A model generated the notes under the pieces. The model worked only from the letters and a program-made list of their open reading frames with translations. It searched no databases and was not told the origin of the DNA. Positions 23,913 to 37,030 of a DNA stretch of 64,000 nt are shown here, in pieces. This DNA comes from Stegostoma tigrinum. Lineage: Eukaryota. Position 1 is the stretch's first letter; each line of letters begins with the position of its first letter. The stretch covers positions 9,159,113 to 9,223,112 of the forward strand of contig NC_081392.1 of assembly GCF_030684315.1 (NCBI RefSeq), in the 5' to 3' direction. A program made the position numbers and the translations under genes.

Positions 23913-24961
23913 CTGAAAAACATGTATTTGAAAGTCAGAGGCCTACAGGATGCTAAGTGCACTGTCCAGTGATTCTATATTGCCTGGATCAGGAAGGTCA
24001 GTGCCAAGGTGGTTGATCACTGCCATGGTGGCAGTAGTTACAAGTTAGCCTCAGTGCCCTGGGTTAGGGAGTGTTGTCAGATAAGGTGAGAATCTGTTGA
24101 ATGGACCGTCACAGTCCAATATCCTGATTACTTGCACGCCAAAAATTGGTCCAATGGCAGTAGCCACCCACAAAAGGGATAGCAGGCATCACTGGAATTG
24201 CATCCTGGGAGAGTGTCAGCTTTCTGGAAAAGTAACCCCAAAAGAGTCAGTACCTTCAGGCAGGTTATGGTTAAAAAAGGTTTTTTTTAAAAAGGATTAG
24301 TAATAGGAAAACAATTTTAAAATCGGGGTCACCTTTTTAAGACAGAGATGGGGGGGATTTCTTTTCTCTTAGACAGTTAAGCAACTTCGGAGCAGACTAG
24401 TTCAGACGGAAGTTTGGGGGCGGGGGGGTTAGGATGGTCACTGAATATTTTTAACATGGAGACAGGTAGAGAGATTCATTTTAGGCAACAGATACAAGGT
24501 TACCAGAGGGTAGATAGGAATGTGGAATTTGAAATAGAAACAAATCTGCAATGTTCTTTTCAAGTGACAAAACAAACTGTTAGTGGTGACTGGCCTACTT
24601 CTCCTTTGATTTGTTTGTTCCTAATTTTTTCATGTAGGCATCACTGACAAGGCCCAACAATAACTTCTCCTGAATTTAGCAGCTTGCTAGGTCAATTGAG
24701 GTCAACCACAACGCTATGCATCTGGAGTCACACGCAGCCAGGTAAGGATAGTAGATATCCTCCCCCAAAAAAATCAGCTCTAAAACTAGCTTTGAAAAAA
24801 AATTACAGCTTTATTAATCAAATTCCACTAAAGAGTGAGATTTGAAATGTTGTCCCCAGAGTCTCAGGATTACTAGTCCAGTGCCGTTAACACCATCATG
24901 ACTCAATGCAAATGTTAGTTATAAAATGAACAGGGAAATTAAGTCAAATAACAAAACCCAC

Positions 24962-25055
24962 CATGAATACCACAATTGATATGCAGCACCAGCCCAGAGC
25001 AATGTAATAGCCTGTTCTTCCAAAAATCAGCCCAACCACAACTCCAGTGATCATC
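24962..25055 (-). CDS. YIF1B: YIF1B exon 7
   Basis: [31 protein letters not shown]. Confidence 0.95.
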
Positions 25056-25264
25056 CTGTGGGGGGGAAAAAAAAAATCACATTTTACTAATGACTGCAGA
25101 CCCACCTAACTGTGATGACATTGGAGCCCTCAAATCCACTCAACTCCATCAGTATCACCCTATGACCTTTGTACGGTATGATCTGCCTGTACGGCACACA
25201 AAACTTTTCACTGTACCTAGGTACATGTGACAGTAAATCAAATCCAAAAATAAATCACACTCAC

Positions 25265-25420
25265 CCGACATACTTGTACCCAGAAAAGGCAATGAGATCG
25301 ATAGTGGTTAGGTCGGTGTTCACTGTGACCAGGTACAGGCTGAGCAGGATAGCAAGCACCTCAATGATCAGCCAGATTAATGCTGAGCTGGCCAGCATCC
25401 CCAACACCTCTGGAGAGAAC
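25265..25420 (-). CDS. YIF1B: YIF1B exon 6
   Basis: [52 protein letters not shown]. Confidence 0.96.
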
Positions 25421-26721
25421 CTGCAGGAAGGGAAGTTAGTGAATGCTGGGTGTAAGCAAGCATCTACCTGGAAACCATAGCAGGATATTTTTAACCCAGG
25501 ATCACTACCACAGTATTTTGTTTAAAAGGAAGGCAAATGGGGACAATTTTTCACTATGGTTTCCATGGCTATTTTTTGCGTCCTCTCTGCGCAATGGAGA
25601 AAGGCACCCTGTATCTGACACCGACAACGTAGGCAATGTATTCTTGGTCAGTCCCAGTCACTCTGAAATGGAATTACCTCCCAACAGATTCCTGTCTCCA
25701 GTAAAAGTATTAAACTGGAACATGCTTGTCCTAGGCTCTGGAGTGGCAGATTGTTTGCAGGTTGGAGGACGAATGTAAATGAATAAGCACAATAAAGAAT
25801 GACAAATAGAGGAAGTGCTTGAAGCTTGAAACAAAAAAAGTGTTCCTCAGCTGTGACTCAAGTGGGTAACACCTCTCATGACCAAGTCAAGCAACTGTGG
25901 GCTGGAGTCCTCTCCAGTGACAACAACACAAATAAATGACTTCTAACTTTTGGGTCTTGCAAATACACTATTTTAAATATTTATTCCAATCTTCCTAGTT
26001 GGGTTTTAAAAGAATTACAGCTCTGTATTCACTGACAGCAGGAACTCAGGGCAAACTTTTGATTGAAGAATCAGATATCATGGAAGAGTCAAAATATGCT
26101 CCCCAGTCACAGGTCTCCTCTCTCAGGATCAATCTCCTATTGGAGGAGATGTAAAGGGCAGGAGGAAGGGAATGAGTGTCTGAGGGGGCTGGAGTAGCAA
26201 GGATGACGAGTCTCAATGGAAGGAGATTAGAAATGATCAGCAAAATTATTATAATACTTGAGAGAGAGACAGATAGAATGAGAGAGGTAGAAAGGAAGAT
26301 CCCACAAGTACCAACAATAATGTGTCCTTCTTCTGTTGTTTGAGATTGAGAACAGCAAGCGTGTGAAGAGAAGCTTCTCAGAGTCTCAATCCATTACCAG
26401 TTGCTTTTGGGGTGGTGGTGGTGGGGACAGGGGGGGGGGGGTAGCATCTACTGCTTTCTTTCTCTCTGACCCCAAAGCCAGCTAAGACAGAGCCCTGGGA
26501 AATTCCTCACTTTTCCCCTGCTGACAGCTCCACTGAGACTGGATCCTGACCGTTAATTGTTGGCCTTCTGCTGCCAATGCCACCTACAACGTGGGGCCTA
26601 TGGCAGTACAAGAAAGCAACTCACTACCATCTTCGAGGGCAACTAGGGGCGGGCCAGCCAGAACACCTGCATCCCATGAGTGAATACTAAAAGCAAGCCT
26701 CAAAAGCAGGGGGTGTGTGCA

Positions 26722-26753
<32 letters not shown>

Positions 26754-27388
26754 GGGTGGGGTCTGGGGGCAGGTGCTCCTCAAACCCACTCACTCTCCGA
26801 TAACATCTCTTTTAAACATTTGCCTTATTCAACATGCATAGTCTCGTGACAGGTCACCAGAGTCGAAAAATTTTCCAGCTTCATGCAGCCATCTTGGAAA
26901 ATGTCAGATCTAGAAGTGGGATATCCAAAGAAGAATTGTGCTGAACTCTGAAACATTAACTCTGTTTCTCCATCCACAGATCTTGTCATTCCTGCTGAGT
27001 TTTGCCAGTGCTTTCGTTTCTTAATCCAACTATCATGGTGGCGTCATTGCTGCTCTGCAGTTATACTGGATGAGTGGGCACATAAGCACTATTACTTAGT
27101 ATGGAGCACACACAAACAGGACTTCTGAACTTATCTTCCAAAACATTCCCTCAGGCAGCCTATGGTTCATGAACATCTTTGCTGGGCTATGAACCACAAG
27201 CCTTTAAATACTGACGTGATACATGCAAACTGCAGCAGAGTAGGCTGTGCCTATTCGCACAACGGTGCTGGCCAGGTCAGTCATGCTGACATTCTTAAAA
27301 GGCCCTGGCAAAAATCTGAATATCCAGGAATGGTCTGAGCCAGGCCACCATTTTTTAAAGTTGTCAAAATCAGCTCAGTAAAAATCTT

Positions 27389-27538
27389 AGATAATGAAAT
27401 GTGAGGTTGGATGAACACAGCAGGCCCAGCAGCATCTCAGGAGCACAAGCTCCTGAGGTGCTGCTGGGCCTGCTGTGTTCATCCAGCCTCACATTTTATT
27501 ATCTTGGATTCTCCAGCATCTGCAGTTCCCATTATCTC
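27389..27538. mobile_element. Palindromic short PLE insertion
   Basis: Inverted arms; exact 13 bp TSD CAGTAAAAATCTT at 27376-27388 and 27539-27551. Confidence 0.88.
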
Positions 27539-27762
27539 CAGTAAAAATCTTGCCCTTTTCGCTTCCCCCACACCCATTTTAGGGCCAATGTCCTGTCCTT
27601 GAACCACAAGATTAAAAAAAATTAAACACCAATTATGTTGAATCCCAAAGGCCAATCTACTGAAACATACTCAATAATCCTCTTCATTTGAATGGAAAGC
27701 AGGTGAGGAGCTAAGCACTGAGTGATCATGAGAGTATTGCAACTAAAGAAAAGAATTCTCAC

Positions 27763-27820
27763 CTGTTTTGAGTTCCAAGAGCAAACCCAGCTACCAATAA
27801 ATATGTGATAAATGCCATTG
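27763..27820 (-). CDS. YIF1B: YIF1B exon 5
   Basis: AMAFITYLLVAGFALGTQNR. Confidence 0.95.
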
Positions 27821-28654
27821 CTGGAAAGAGAGAGAAACCGCTATAAAACAGAAGGTGCAGACAGACAGCATAGCAGTCCACTACAGAATTAATGTTATTA
27901 CTGCAAGTTCAATGTTTTTTTCAATTTAGTAATCACGTGCAACCAGCCTAGTAAAGCCTAGCTTTATATTTCAGATTTGTTAATTGAATGTAGTTCAAAT
28001 GTAAATGTCACCAGCTGACATGTTTGGATTTGAACCCATTTGCCCTAGAGCATTAGTCTGGGCTTTCGATTACAGGTCCAATAACACTAGCATTACGCCA
28101 CCTCCATTTGAAATGTACTGTCACACGCACTACTGAACTGCCCCAATTAAAAATAAAAGAACCCACTTTGAATTTCTGGTTTGTGGCAGGTTAGTGGATT
28201 TCATACGTATCTGATAATGGAAATGTTAAAATTCAGTGCAAGTTGAATGAAGCACTCAAGGCTCCTAGTTACCCTCTACTGTCCTTGCTGGCAACCACAC
28301 GAGGGGTTAGGTAGGAATGGAATTGAGATCAATTGCAATACTATACATAGTTAACTAATGCAGGCATACTGCCAGACATTAAAATATCGGAAGGTGTCCA
28401 GCCCACAAGGACCTGTAACTCCAAAGCTTGTTTATAAATTGACCTGAACTGGAAATCTCCCAAAATCTACAGGTCAAAGCAAAAGCAGTTTCACACTATT
28501 CTCTGGTTTACTGGTCGAAGAGTGATAAACGTCTCCAAGTGATTCACAATGCACACTCACCAAACAACATGGGTAAAATCAACTGCGATAGGTTTGTGCA
28601 TCACCAAGACAGTTAATACTACAGACAACACTGATATCATAGAGGTAATCCTAC

Positions 28655-28733
28655 CTGGAATATATAAATCAGGAGCATTCACTTCAACGCGAGGAGCAAC
28701 GGGACTGTCCTGCTGGTATCGTACTTCCCAATT
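28655..28733 (-). CDS. YIF1B: YIF1B exon 4
   Basis: [26 protein letters not shown]. Confidence 0.96.
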
Positions 28734-30057
28734 CTGTCAACACACAGCTTAATTATCAGTCATTTAGATAGTACTCATTGCATAACCAATGTAGGCTAAA
28801 CAAGAAAATCCTCCTTTATGTCACTTCAGGAAGAGATAAGTCGATCTCCAGTCTGATTGCATTGCTCCAAGATCATTATTTTTAATGTGTCCGTATTTAG
28901 AACATTCTGGACAATACACCTTCAGAAGGATATATTGGTTTTGGAGGGAGTGCTGTGTAGATTTCCTAGAATGATATTTGAACTCCAAGGAGTAAATTAT
29001 GAGGACAGATCACAAAAGCCAGAGTTGATTTCCTCAGAATTTAGCAAGTTAAGAGTATTTTAGATACTAAGGGGAACAAATGGAGTATATTTGGAGAAAC
29101 TATTTCTCTAGAAAAGACTAGATCTTTCAGAAGCAAGACTTGGAAACTTTCCGTGCTGTATATCTCCATGACTTCTAAATTTGGACAATACTGTTTGGAA
29201 CTCTCCTCTGCAAACAGCAATGAATGATAAATCAATCATTGATTTTAAAACTAAGATTGATAGATTTTCATTATCCAAAGGTGTTAATGGATAAGGGGCA
29301 ACGGTAGGTATATGGAGGTAGGTTGCAGGTCAACCATTTCAGAATAGTGGAGCAGGTTTGAGGGACTGAATTGTCTCCTTAAGCTCCTATATAATTTAGT
29401 CATTCTCTGTCCCTGCAAATTTCTGTTTGGAAACTGACACCTCTCTAATTTTCTTCTGTCCTCTTTCTAAGCCTGTGACTCCAGTCACCCACTGCGTGGC
29501 CAGTTTTTGCTGCTTCTGACTAACTTAGGGTAGTATAAAGAACACCACCAAAAATACTCCCTCAACACAAATGAGGGCCATATCCGAGAATATTCCTAGT
29601 GCATCACCCTGGTGATACTGAGGACCATCTCCTGTGGTACAGTTGTCAAACTGAAATTCTCTCTCTTTTGAACGTCCATGCCTGTGTTTCAGCTACATCA
29701 CTGTGGATCCCTTACTACCCAGGCTATTGAGTACCAATCTGAAACAAGATGCAGTGCTGGTGGCTACTTTGGGTTTCCTGCTGCTACGTGTAAACACTAC
29801 CAGTTATTGCAGCAACTGGGTGCTTGCCACTGTAAACCTCATTTGACAAAGCAATTCTGCAAGATGAAGGAACATGGTTGGAGGGGTTTGAAGGACACAT
29901 AGAAGAACACCTCTTCAGAGACGAGGTTAGATTGAACTATAGGTCTGTGTTTACCAACTGCCCAGACTCTCTCACAAATCACTGACAGATTAATCCAGAG
30001 TCGCAAGTCATGCACCACCCACTCAAGAATCACCAGTGAAAGGCCACCTTCTCTTAC

Positions 30058-30162
30058 CTGATGCATATAGGGAAAGATGAGGAGTCCCAGCTTCTTTCCA
30101 ACATAAATGGTGTCCACAGCAAAATAATATTTTAATTTGCTCACTGGAATAAAGCGATCAAT
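30058..30162 (-). CDS. YIF1B: YIF1B exon 3
   Basis: [35 protein letters not shown]. Confidence 0.97.
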
Positions 30163-32118
30163 CTGCAGGAATCAGTGAAAAAGATTCATTTACTATGCTC
30201 TACATAGTCATCAGAACCGTAGACGGGTTTATTAGCAAAATTTAGAACTAAAGGAGCCAACGCTATTAAAATATTTTAATCAAACTGCACAGTACTAATG
30301 CTGAGGAATAAAACACATTGCCTCTTTAAAATGATAACTCAACCAAGACCCTTGGCCCTGGTGATTTCTGGGTCCAGACAAAGATCAGAGGGAATGAGGC
30401 TCCAGAATCACAGGCAATCAGACGTAAACCTCTACTGTTGGACACCAGATAGTTGTGTCCTCTTGCAGGCCAACAGCTCAATGTCCCAGTGAGGCATGGC
30501 ATGGTGTGCTGTGGCGTGGCGTATGCCAAGTAGCTCATGTTAGAGTCTCTCGTGGGTACAACCTTCCTCTGTTAGACAGTTGCTGTTTTTCAGTTCACTG
30601 TATCTGGGCTGATTCCGCAGAGGAATACTAAAACTAATGAATACAGGGATTAGAGCTGTAATCTCATTGAGCTACATTCTAGGCACTACGGTGTGGATGA
30701 CAAGTGTGTTTCTACTGACACAGGAAGTTACTATAGTGTTTTATCACTGTCTCACTGTAGGACCATATCTGATAGGTTCCACCCTGGATCCTTCATTCAC
30801 CACTACTAGCGTTTAATCTCATCCATCTATTTTCAAGTAGGTTTATCAATAAAAGCAGCTGTCTGGTTGTGAAAGCTTAAGAAAGGATTTTCTGCCGTTC
30901 TTAAAACGATTGGGGCCAATCCTGAAGCATTTTGAAACAAATCTACAAACTTACTATCTCAAGATGAGGACATGACTCCCTATAAACTGACTATCTACCT
31001 TTCAATACATAGTGTCAATGACTGGCCTGTTAACAAATAAATCCTTAGCCCCTTCAGTTGATAGAATGGTAAATTTTACACCAGTACAGATCACTTTTGA
31101 TTTCAAGTCTGATCCTCAATCGTAACTCATTTATTTTAACCTTCTATGGAAATAGGGTTAATCCAGAAACAGCTTGCTCTCCATTTAAACTGCAGCAGAA
31201 ATGGTTCCTTTTCATTTTCTCTGCCCCCTTCCTCAGGTTCAGCAGATTTTCTTTCAAAGTTGGCAGTCAACACAGAACTGGAATTCAAAGACATCCATCC
31301 ACTCACAGCATCAACAGAACTTACTAGATAGAAGGGGAACTGTGTTCTCTGTGTAAACTTTAACTCATCCAAAACACTTGTGTACATCCCAACTTATACT
31401 GCTCCATTACCCTGTGCCTGCTGAGCTGCTCGTCTTGAAATAACTCAAAATCCCCATTCTAGCCTGCAAATCTTCCACGGTTTCATCCATTCCTGCAATA
31501 CCCTCTGCCACACAATCTTCAGGAACTTATTAGGCCATAATTCTGGATTTTTGCATATCCCCGATTTTCATTCATTGCTTGACTACTGGTGGCTGTGTAT
31601 GCAGCTGCCTTGGTCCGGAGCTCTGGAATTCCCTTCTTAAACCTGGCTGTTTCTCTATTCCTTTATTCAGATTCAAGATACTGCTTAATACCTAACTCTA
31701 ATTAAGCATAAACAAAAAACAGAAATTGCTGGAAAAGCTCAGCAGGTCAAGTAGCATCTGTGGAGATAAATCAGGTCAAGTGACCCTTCAAGTGACAGAA
31801 CATAAATCTTTAATTAAGCATTTGGTAACTATAATATCTGATATAGCTTGATATCAAATCTGGTTTGACAGCTGTGAAATAGGCTGGGATATTTTACTAG
31901 CTGTGTTTGCAATATTATGAATAGAAGGCATGACCAAATTAAGGAACAACAAACTGGGGATAGATAAACCCAGGCACAAGTATTGGGTCTGTTCTTGAGG
32001 TCAGTTATCAGCACAGACCACTTAATGTTTACATGTACTTGGCATGTTCAGTAAAGAGGCAGACCCCTGTGTTGTGTGGAGAATATTTCATTCTGACTTG
32101 CCGACCTGCAATGCTTAC

Positions 32119-32345
32119 ATTTTGACCGACAATGTTCTTCCCTTGACTTGCCAAACTGCTGCCATATGCCATCGCCAAGTTAGACACCATGGGGTCGCTG
32201 AGGATGCCCTGCCTTGAGAGGCCAAAGCCTGTGCCAGTGTGCTCATATCCTGGTCCCGGAACGTCCATATTCCCACTGGTATCTTCAAAGAGGCGACTGG
32301 GGTCTCCCACAGCATGCATCTGCCCCCTCGTTCTCATTTTGGCAG
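32119..32345 (-). CDS. YIF1B: YIF1B exon 2
   Basis: AKMRTRGQMHAVGDPSRLFEDTSG...LSDPMVSNLAMAYGSSLASQGKNIVGQN. Confidence 0.94.
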
Positions 32346-32649
32346 CTGGAATTCAGAGCAACCGATTAAGTTGATCATGTTGTAAGCAGGCAGTACATTT
32401 TAATACTCAGATCAGAATTCAATTTCTCACCAGCATCTTGAGCTTGATCAAATGATCACAGGATTTTCTCACTCCCTCCCCTTAATTTGCCTCAAGGAGG
32501 TGATGGCGAGACCCTTCTTGAAACACTGCAGTCCACGTGGTGTAGCTACACTGAAAGCTGATAACAAGGGAGTTGCAGGACTTTAACTCAGCAACAGTGA
32601 AGGAATGTCAATTGTATTTTGCATAAGGGGCTACATTTACATTCTCATG

Positions 32650-32960
32650 AATTTCTTTATTAGGTGTACACTCACATTTTAGCATTATCTTTTATATTTG
32701 TGTTGATGTAGGAGGTATTTTGGTTCAAGCAAAAGTAGAATTAGAAAATTTGTCCACATCAATAATTATCAATCCTATTAAACTTAAAGCCACAATAGAC
32801 AAGGAAAACATTAATTTCCTCGATACCACAGTATTCAAATTTGCACAAAACAACAAAGTATTAGTTTTATTCCAAATAATAAACTCCTACTTCTATACAT
32901 AAAAACAAAACCCTAAAGAGACCTTCTGCAGATCAGTGAGGTCATGGCAAATATGTTTTC
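32650..32960 (+). mobile_element. Ancient AT-rich Penelope-like RT fragment
   Basis: IKLKATIDKENINFLDTTVFK resembles the PLE RT C-terminal 'I.FLD' motif. Confidence 0.45.
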
Positions 32961-33214
32961 ATTACATATTCACAAATCTCTCAAATATTTGAAAACAGGC
33001 AGTTACTACGCTTTTATATTACACTTGAAATCACAACTGCAGATTTAAATTCAATAATTGGTGATGTTAGATTTCACAACATCCACCACAATCAGCTTCG
33101 TTGTCTAGCTCCTGACTTTATAGTCTCAAGATAGGGATATCATATTCATTTGGAAGCAATTCATCACTTTGGTGGATTCAGGTTTTCTTAGCTCCTAGAT
33201 AACTGACTGCTACA

Positions 33215-34720
33215 CAAACGAGAAGCAGGAGTAGGCCATTCAGCCCCATGAGCCTGCTTGAGCATTTAGTAAGATCACAGCTGATCTAGTTTTAACCTTA
33301 GATCCATAGTCCTGCCTATCCTGATAAACAATAGCTAGTAGGTTACCAATAATATACCCACTTCAGCCTGACAAATATTCAAAGGCTCTGCTTTCACCAC
33401 CTTTTCAGGGAGAAAGTCAAGGCTCTCAATCCTCAGGAAAAGAAATTTGTTTCAGCTCTATTTTAAATGGGTCACCACTTATGTTTGACCAGTAACCCAT
33501 AGTTATAGATTCTCCCATAAGATGAACATCCTCTCCACATTTATCCTGTCAAGTCCCACTGGATCGTATACATTTCAATTAAGTTTTCTCTTATTCTACT
33601 AAACTCCAGTGGGTACAAGCCTGGCCTGACCAACGTTTCCAGTGACAAATGGCCCATTCCAAGGTAATAGTCTCATAAAGCTTCTCTGAACTGTTTCCAA
33701 TGCACTGTATACTCTCTTAAATAAGGTGAGCATTACTATAAACAGTACTCCATACATATTACCAGGACCCTATAGGGAGCATAGACTCCCTACTTCTGAA
33801 TTCAATTCCCCTATATTTCATAATTACTAACCTTTTTGCAATTCACACAGTCGGATATCCAGATTGCTTGGCATCTTAACCTCCGCAATCTCTCACCATT
33901 TAGACAACATATTTACTTATAATCCTTCCTACCAGAATGGACAATGTCACATTTTCCTCTGCTAAAACCATTTATCAGATCATTGTCCACTCACTTAACC
34001 AATCTATATTATTCTGTAGACTTCCCTTTATAAAACTTATATTCTTACCTGTATTTGCATTATCAGCAAGTTTGGCAATTATACCTTTCAATCCATCATC
34101 TAAATTTATATAACATGTAAACAGTTGATGTCTCAGCATTGATCCCTGTGGCACACTACGCATTAAATCTTACAAACCTGAGAAAGACCTATTTATTCCT
34201 ACCCTCTGCTTCCTGTAGTCTAAACTCTCGAATAGGTTACAACCTACACTGTGAGTTTAATCTTCCACAATAGCCTTTGAAGTGGCACCTTATCAAATGC
34301 CTTCTGGAAATCTAAGTACAATACCAGTAATGGTTTCCCTTTATCTGGAGTATGTAAGACTTCCTCACGTGATTCTGGCAGATTGGTTAAACACGATTTT
34401 TCTTTCATAAAACCATATTGAATCAGTCCGATGACATCAAATGTATCTAAATGCCCTGCCATAACCTTTACTACCACCTTCGCCATGACAGATGCTAAGC
34501 TAAGTGGCCTGTAGATTCCTGCTTTCTGACTCCCCTTTTGAAAAAAAGCATTACATTTACTATTTACCAATCTAACAGATGTCTTCACTGGCTTATCCTC
34601 TAACCTCCGCCCAACTTAGAGAGTTTTGCAAAATTAAAAACAACACATCAACTATTTCACTAGCTACTTCTTTAAAGACCTTGGGTTGAAGTCCAACAGG
34701 AACAGGTCACTTATCAGCAC
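33215..34720 (-). mobile_element. Degenerate CR1 LINE (RT region)
   Basis: YRPLSLASV, YGFMKEKSCLTNL, YLDFQKAFDKVP, SVPQGSML and AKLADNA. Confidence 0.85.
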
Positions 34721-35196
34721 GCAGCTCCAACAAGTTATTTTGATTGCAAATTCCCTCCCTTCCATTTCATTTATGGCAGCATTTGTTACCCATCTCCAAC
34801 TGCCCTTGAACCAAGTGGTTTGCTGGGCCATTTCAGAAGGCAGTTTGGAAACAACCATGTTGTTGTGGGTCTGGAGTCACATTTCAATCAAACCAGGTGA
34901 CTAATTTTCTTCCCTAAATGACAATGAACCAGATGAGTTTTTAATCACAGATAACAAGGTGTGGAGCTGGATGAACACAACAGGCCAAGCAGCATCTCAG
35001 GAGCACAAAAGCTGACGTTTCAGGTCTAGACCCTTCACCACTGTTGGTTATATAGTAGCCTTTAACTCTGTCCTTCCTTTTAATTCTGAATTTGTTGTTG
35101 AATTCAAATTTCACGATCTTCCATCTTAGGAATTAAACTCATTCAGCAAAAACATGAGCCTGGTGTTCTAGATTAGTAGCCCAATGACATTGCTAC

Positions 35197-35261
35197 TGAG
35201 AGGAAAAAGCTAGCCAGAATGTTTTTTTATAAAAATATTTCTGGCTGGCTTTTTCCTCTCA
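35197..35261. repeat. 65 bp inverted repeat (23 bp arms, 1 mismatch)
   Basis: TGAGAGGAAAAAGCTAGCCAGAA ... TTCTGGCTGGCTTTTTCCTCTCA. Confidence 0.85.
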
Positions 35262-35619
35262 CTAATTTTTCTATCGTTATTAATTGCTTTGTCAGTTTTT
35301 GGCAATCCTTGCAACTAGTCCAGTTCAGATTCTGATTAGTGTTATCTGATTCCATTTTCTCCACCAATCTGAGGATCCAGCACATCCAACTTCACCATGA
35401 GTCTTTGAAAACTTGCACAAAAAGTTATCCTATTCTTCAACACTTCAAACCATGCACCAAGGGGAGCCCCTGTAGCCTGGTCCAGGAAAGGATATCTGTG
35501 ATATCCCAAGGCTGAGCAGGATGGGTTGTCTCTGAGATCACGCACTCCCCACCTCTCAAATTACCCACTTCACCCCCCCCCCACCATCTCCACTCTCCTC
35601 ACCCCCACTGGTTGTGGGG

Positions 35620-35970
35620 GAAGTCTCTGGGATCACCCACACCCACCTTGGTGGGGGGTCTCTGGGATCACCCACCCCCCCCTTGGTGGGGGGGGGGTGG
35701 TCTCTGGGATCACCCACCCCCCCCTTGGTGGGGGGGGGGGTGGTCTCTGGGATCACCCACCCCCCCCTTGGTGGGGGGGGGTGGTCTCTGGGATCACCCA
35801 CTCCCCCCTTGGTGGGGGGGGGGTGGTCTCTGGGATCACCCACTCCCCCCTTGGTGGGGGGGGGTGGTCTCTGGGATCACCCACTCCCCCCTTGGTGGGG
35901 GGGGGCGTGTTGTCTCTGGGATCACCCACTCCCCCCTTGGTGGGGGGGTGGTCTCTGGGATCACCCATTT
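35620..35970. repeat. ~38-42 bp G/C-run minisatellite (about 9 units) in YIF1B intron 1
   Basis: Repeated GTCTCTGGGATCACCCAC(C/T)CnTTGGTGnTG. Confidence 0.9.
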
Positions 35971-36127
35971 CCCTTCTCAATCGGGGGGGGGGAGGGGGGT
36001 GGGGGAAGCAGCATTGACTGCGTCCCTTTCCGAATGCCAATTTTCTACAAATAGAGTAAAAAAAATTTCTTTGCCGTCGAGTGAATAACCGATTTATAGA
36101 GAAACTGAAGCCACGTACGTAACTTAC

Positions 36128-36152
36128 GCTGTCTAAACCCGTTGTACTCCAT
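36128..36152 (-). CDS. YIF1B: YIF1B coding exon 1 (alternative donor extends it to 36119)
   Basis: gcgATGG MEYNGFRQ, then C|GTAAGT; phase 1 matches exon 2. Confidence 0.85.
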
Positions 36153-36400
36153 CGCCTTACGGACGCGCCACTCCCTCGCGATTCGACCCCAACCGCCAGG
36201 GGTTGGGGGAGCGGCAACTGCCGCGCCTGCGCACTCCGGCTTGGCCGCCGGCCGCCACATCCACCAATCAACGGCCGCGCTAGTCCACGTGATTACGCCC
36301 GCGTGGTCGCCTGACGACTTGCCCCGCCGGCATTTGGTGCGCAGGCGTAATGAACGGCGCGTCACCTGCTGCCAGGAAATGGTATTACCGCGCAAAATGA
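36153..36400 (-). promoter_or_regulatory. YIF1B CpG-island promoter/5'UTR
   Basis: CpG-rich; NRF1-like GCGCCTGCGCA (36223-36233) and TGCGCAGGCG (36338-36347), CCAAT (36264) and CCACGTGA (36285-36292). Confidence 0.75.
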
Positions 36401-36679
36401 GGCCCTTCAGCCCATCTCTCCCTGCACCAGCCATCGACCACAGAGGGTCAATGTTACAGCACAGAAGGAGAATCTTCATCGAATCTGTGCCTTTCAGCAA
36501 GCGCACAGAGGCATGAAGTATTACAGAGGGGCAGGGACCTTCAGTCCATCATGCTCACGCTGGTTATCAAGCAAACACAGAGACATAGTGTTACAGCACA
36601 GAAAGAGTCCACTTGGCCCATCATGACTGTGCTAGTCATTAAACACACAGTCATAGAATGTTACAGCATGACTGATTTT

Positions 36680-37030
36680 TTGAATGGTTGTCACGTATTG
36701 AAGTACAGTGAAAAGCATTGTTTACGAGCAGTAAAGGCAGATCACAGTTAGAAAGGATGTTCAGATCAAAAAGACTTAGAGAGAGGCATACAGGTCACAT
36801 TGCACAGGGTGTGCACTAGGTGAGATCAATGTTAGCAAGATCAGCATTATTTAAGGCTAGAGAGTCCATTCATCCATCTAATAATGGCCAGGAAGAAGCT
36901 ATTCCTGTACCTGCTGGTGCGTGTGTTCAGGCTTCTGTATCTTCTGCCTGATTGAAGAGTTTGCAGGAGATCATTCCCAGGGCGCAATGGGTCATTGATG
37001 ATGTTGGCAGCCTTTCCATTGCAGTGAGCC
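36680..37030 (-). mobile_element. Rex1/Babar-like LINE 3' fragment
   Basis: LQSGRRYRSLNTRTSRYRNSFFLAIIRWMNG is typical of the ORF C-terminus; a related copy lies at ~45250-45945 (+). Confidence 0.65.

Noticed and set aside
35526-36088. Several 95-170 aa ORFs with repeated motifs
   Set aside because: They are translations of the G/C VNTR, open in multiple frames on both strands.
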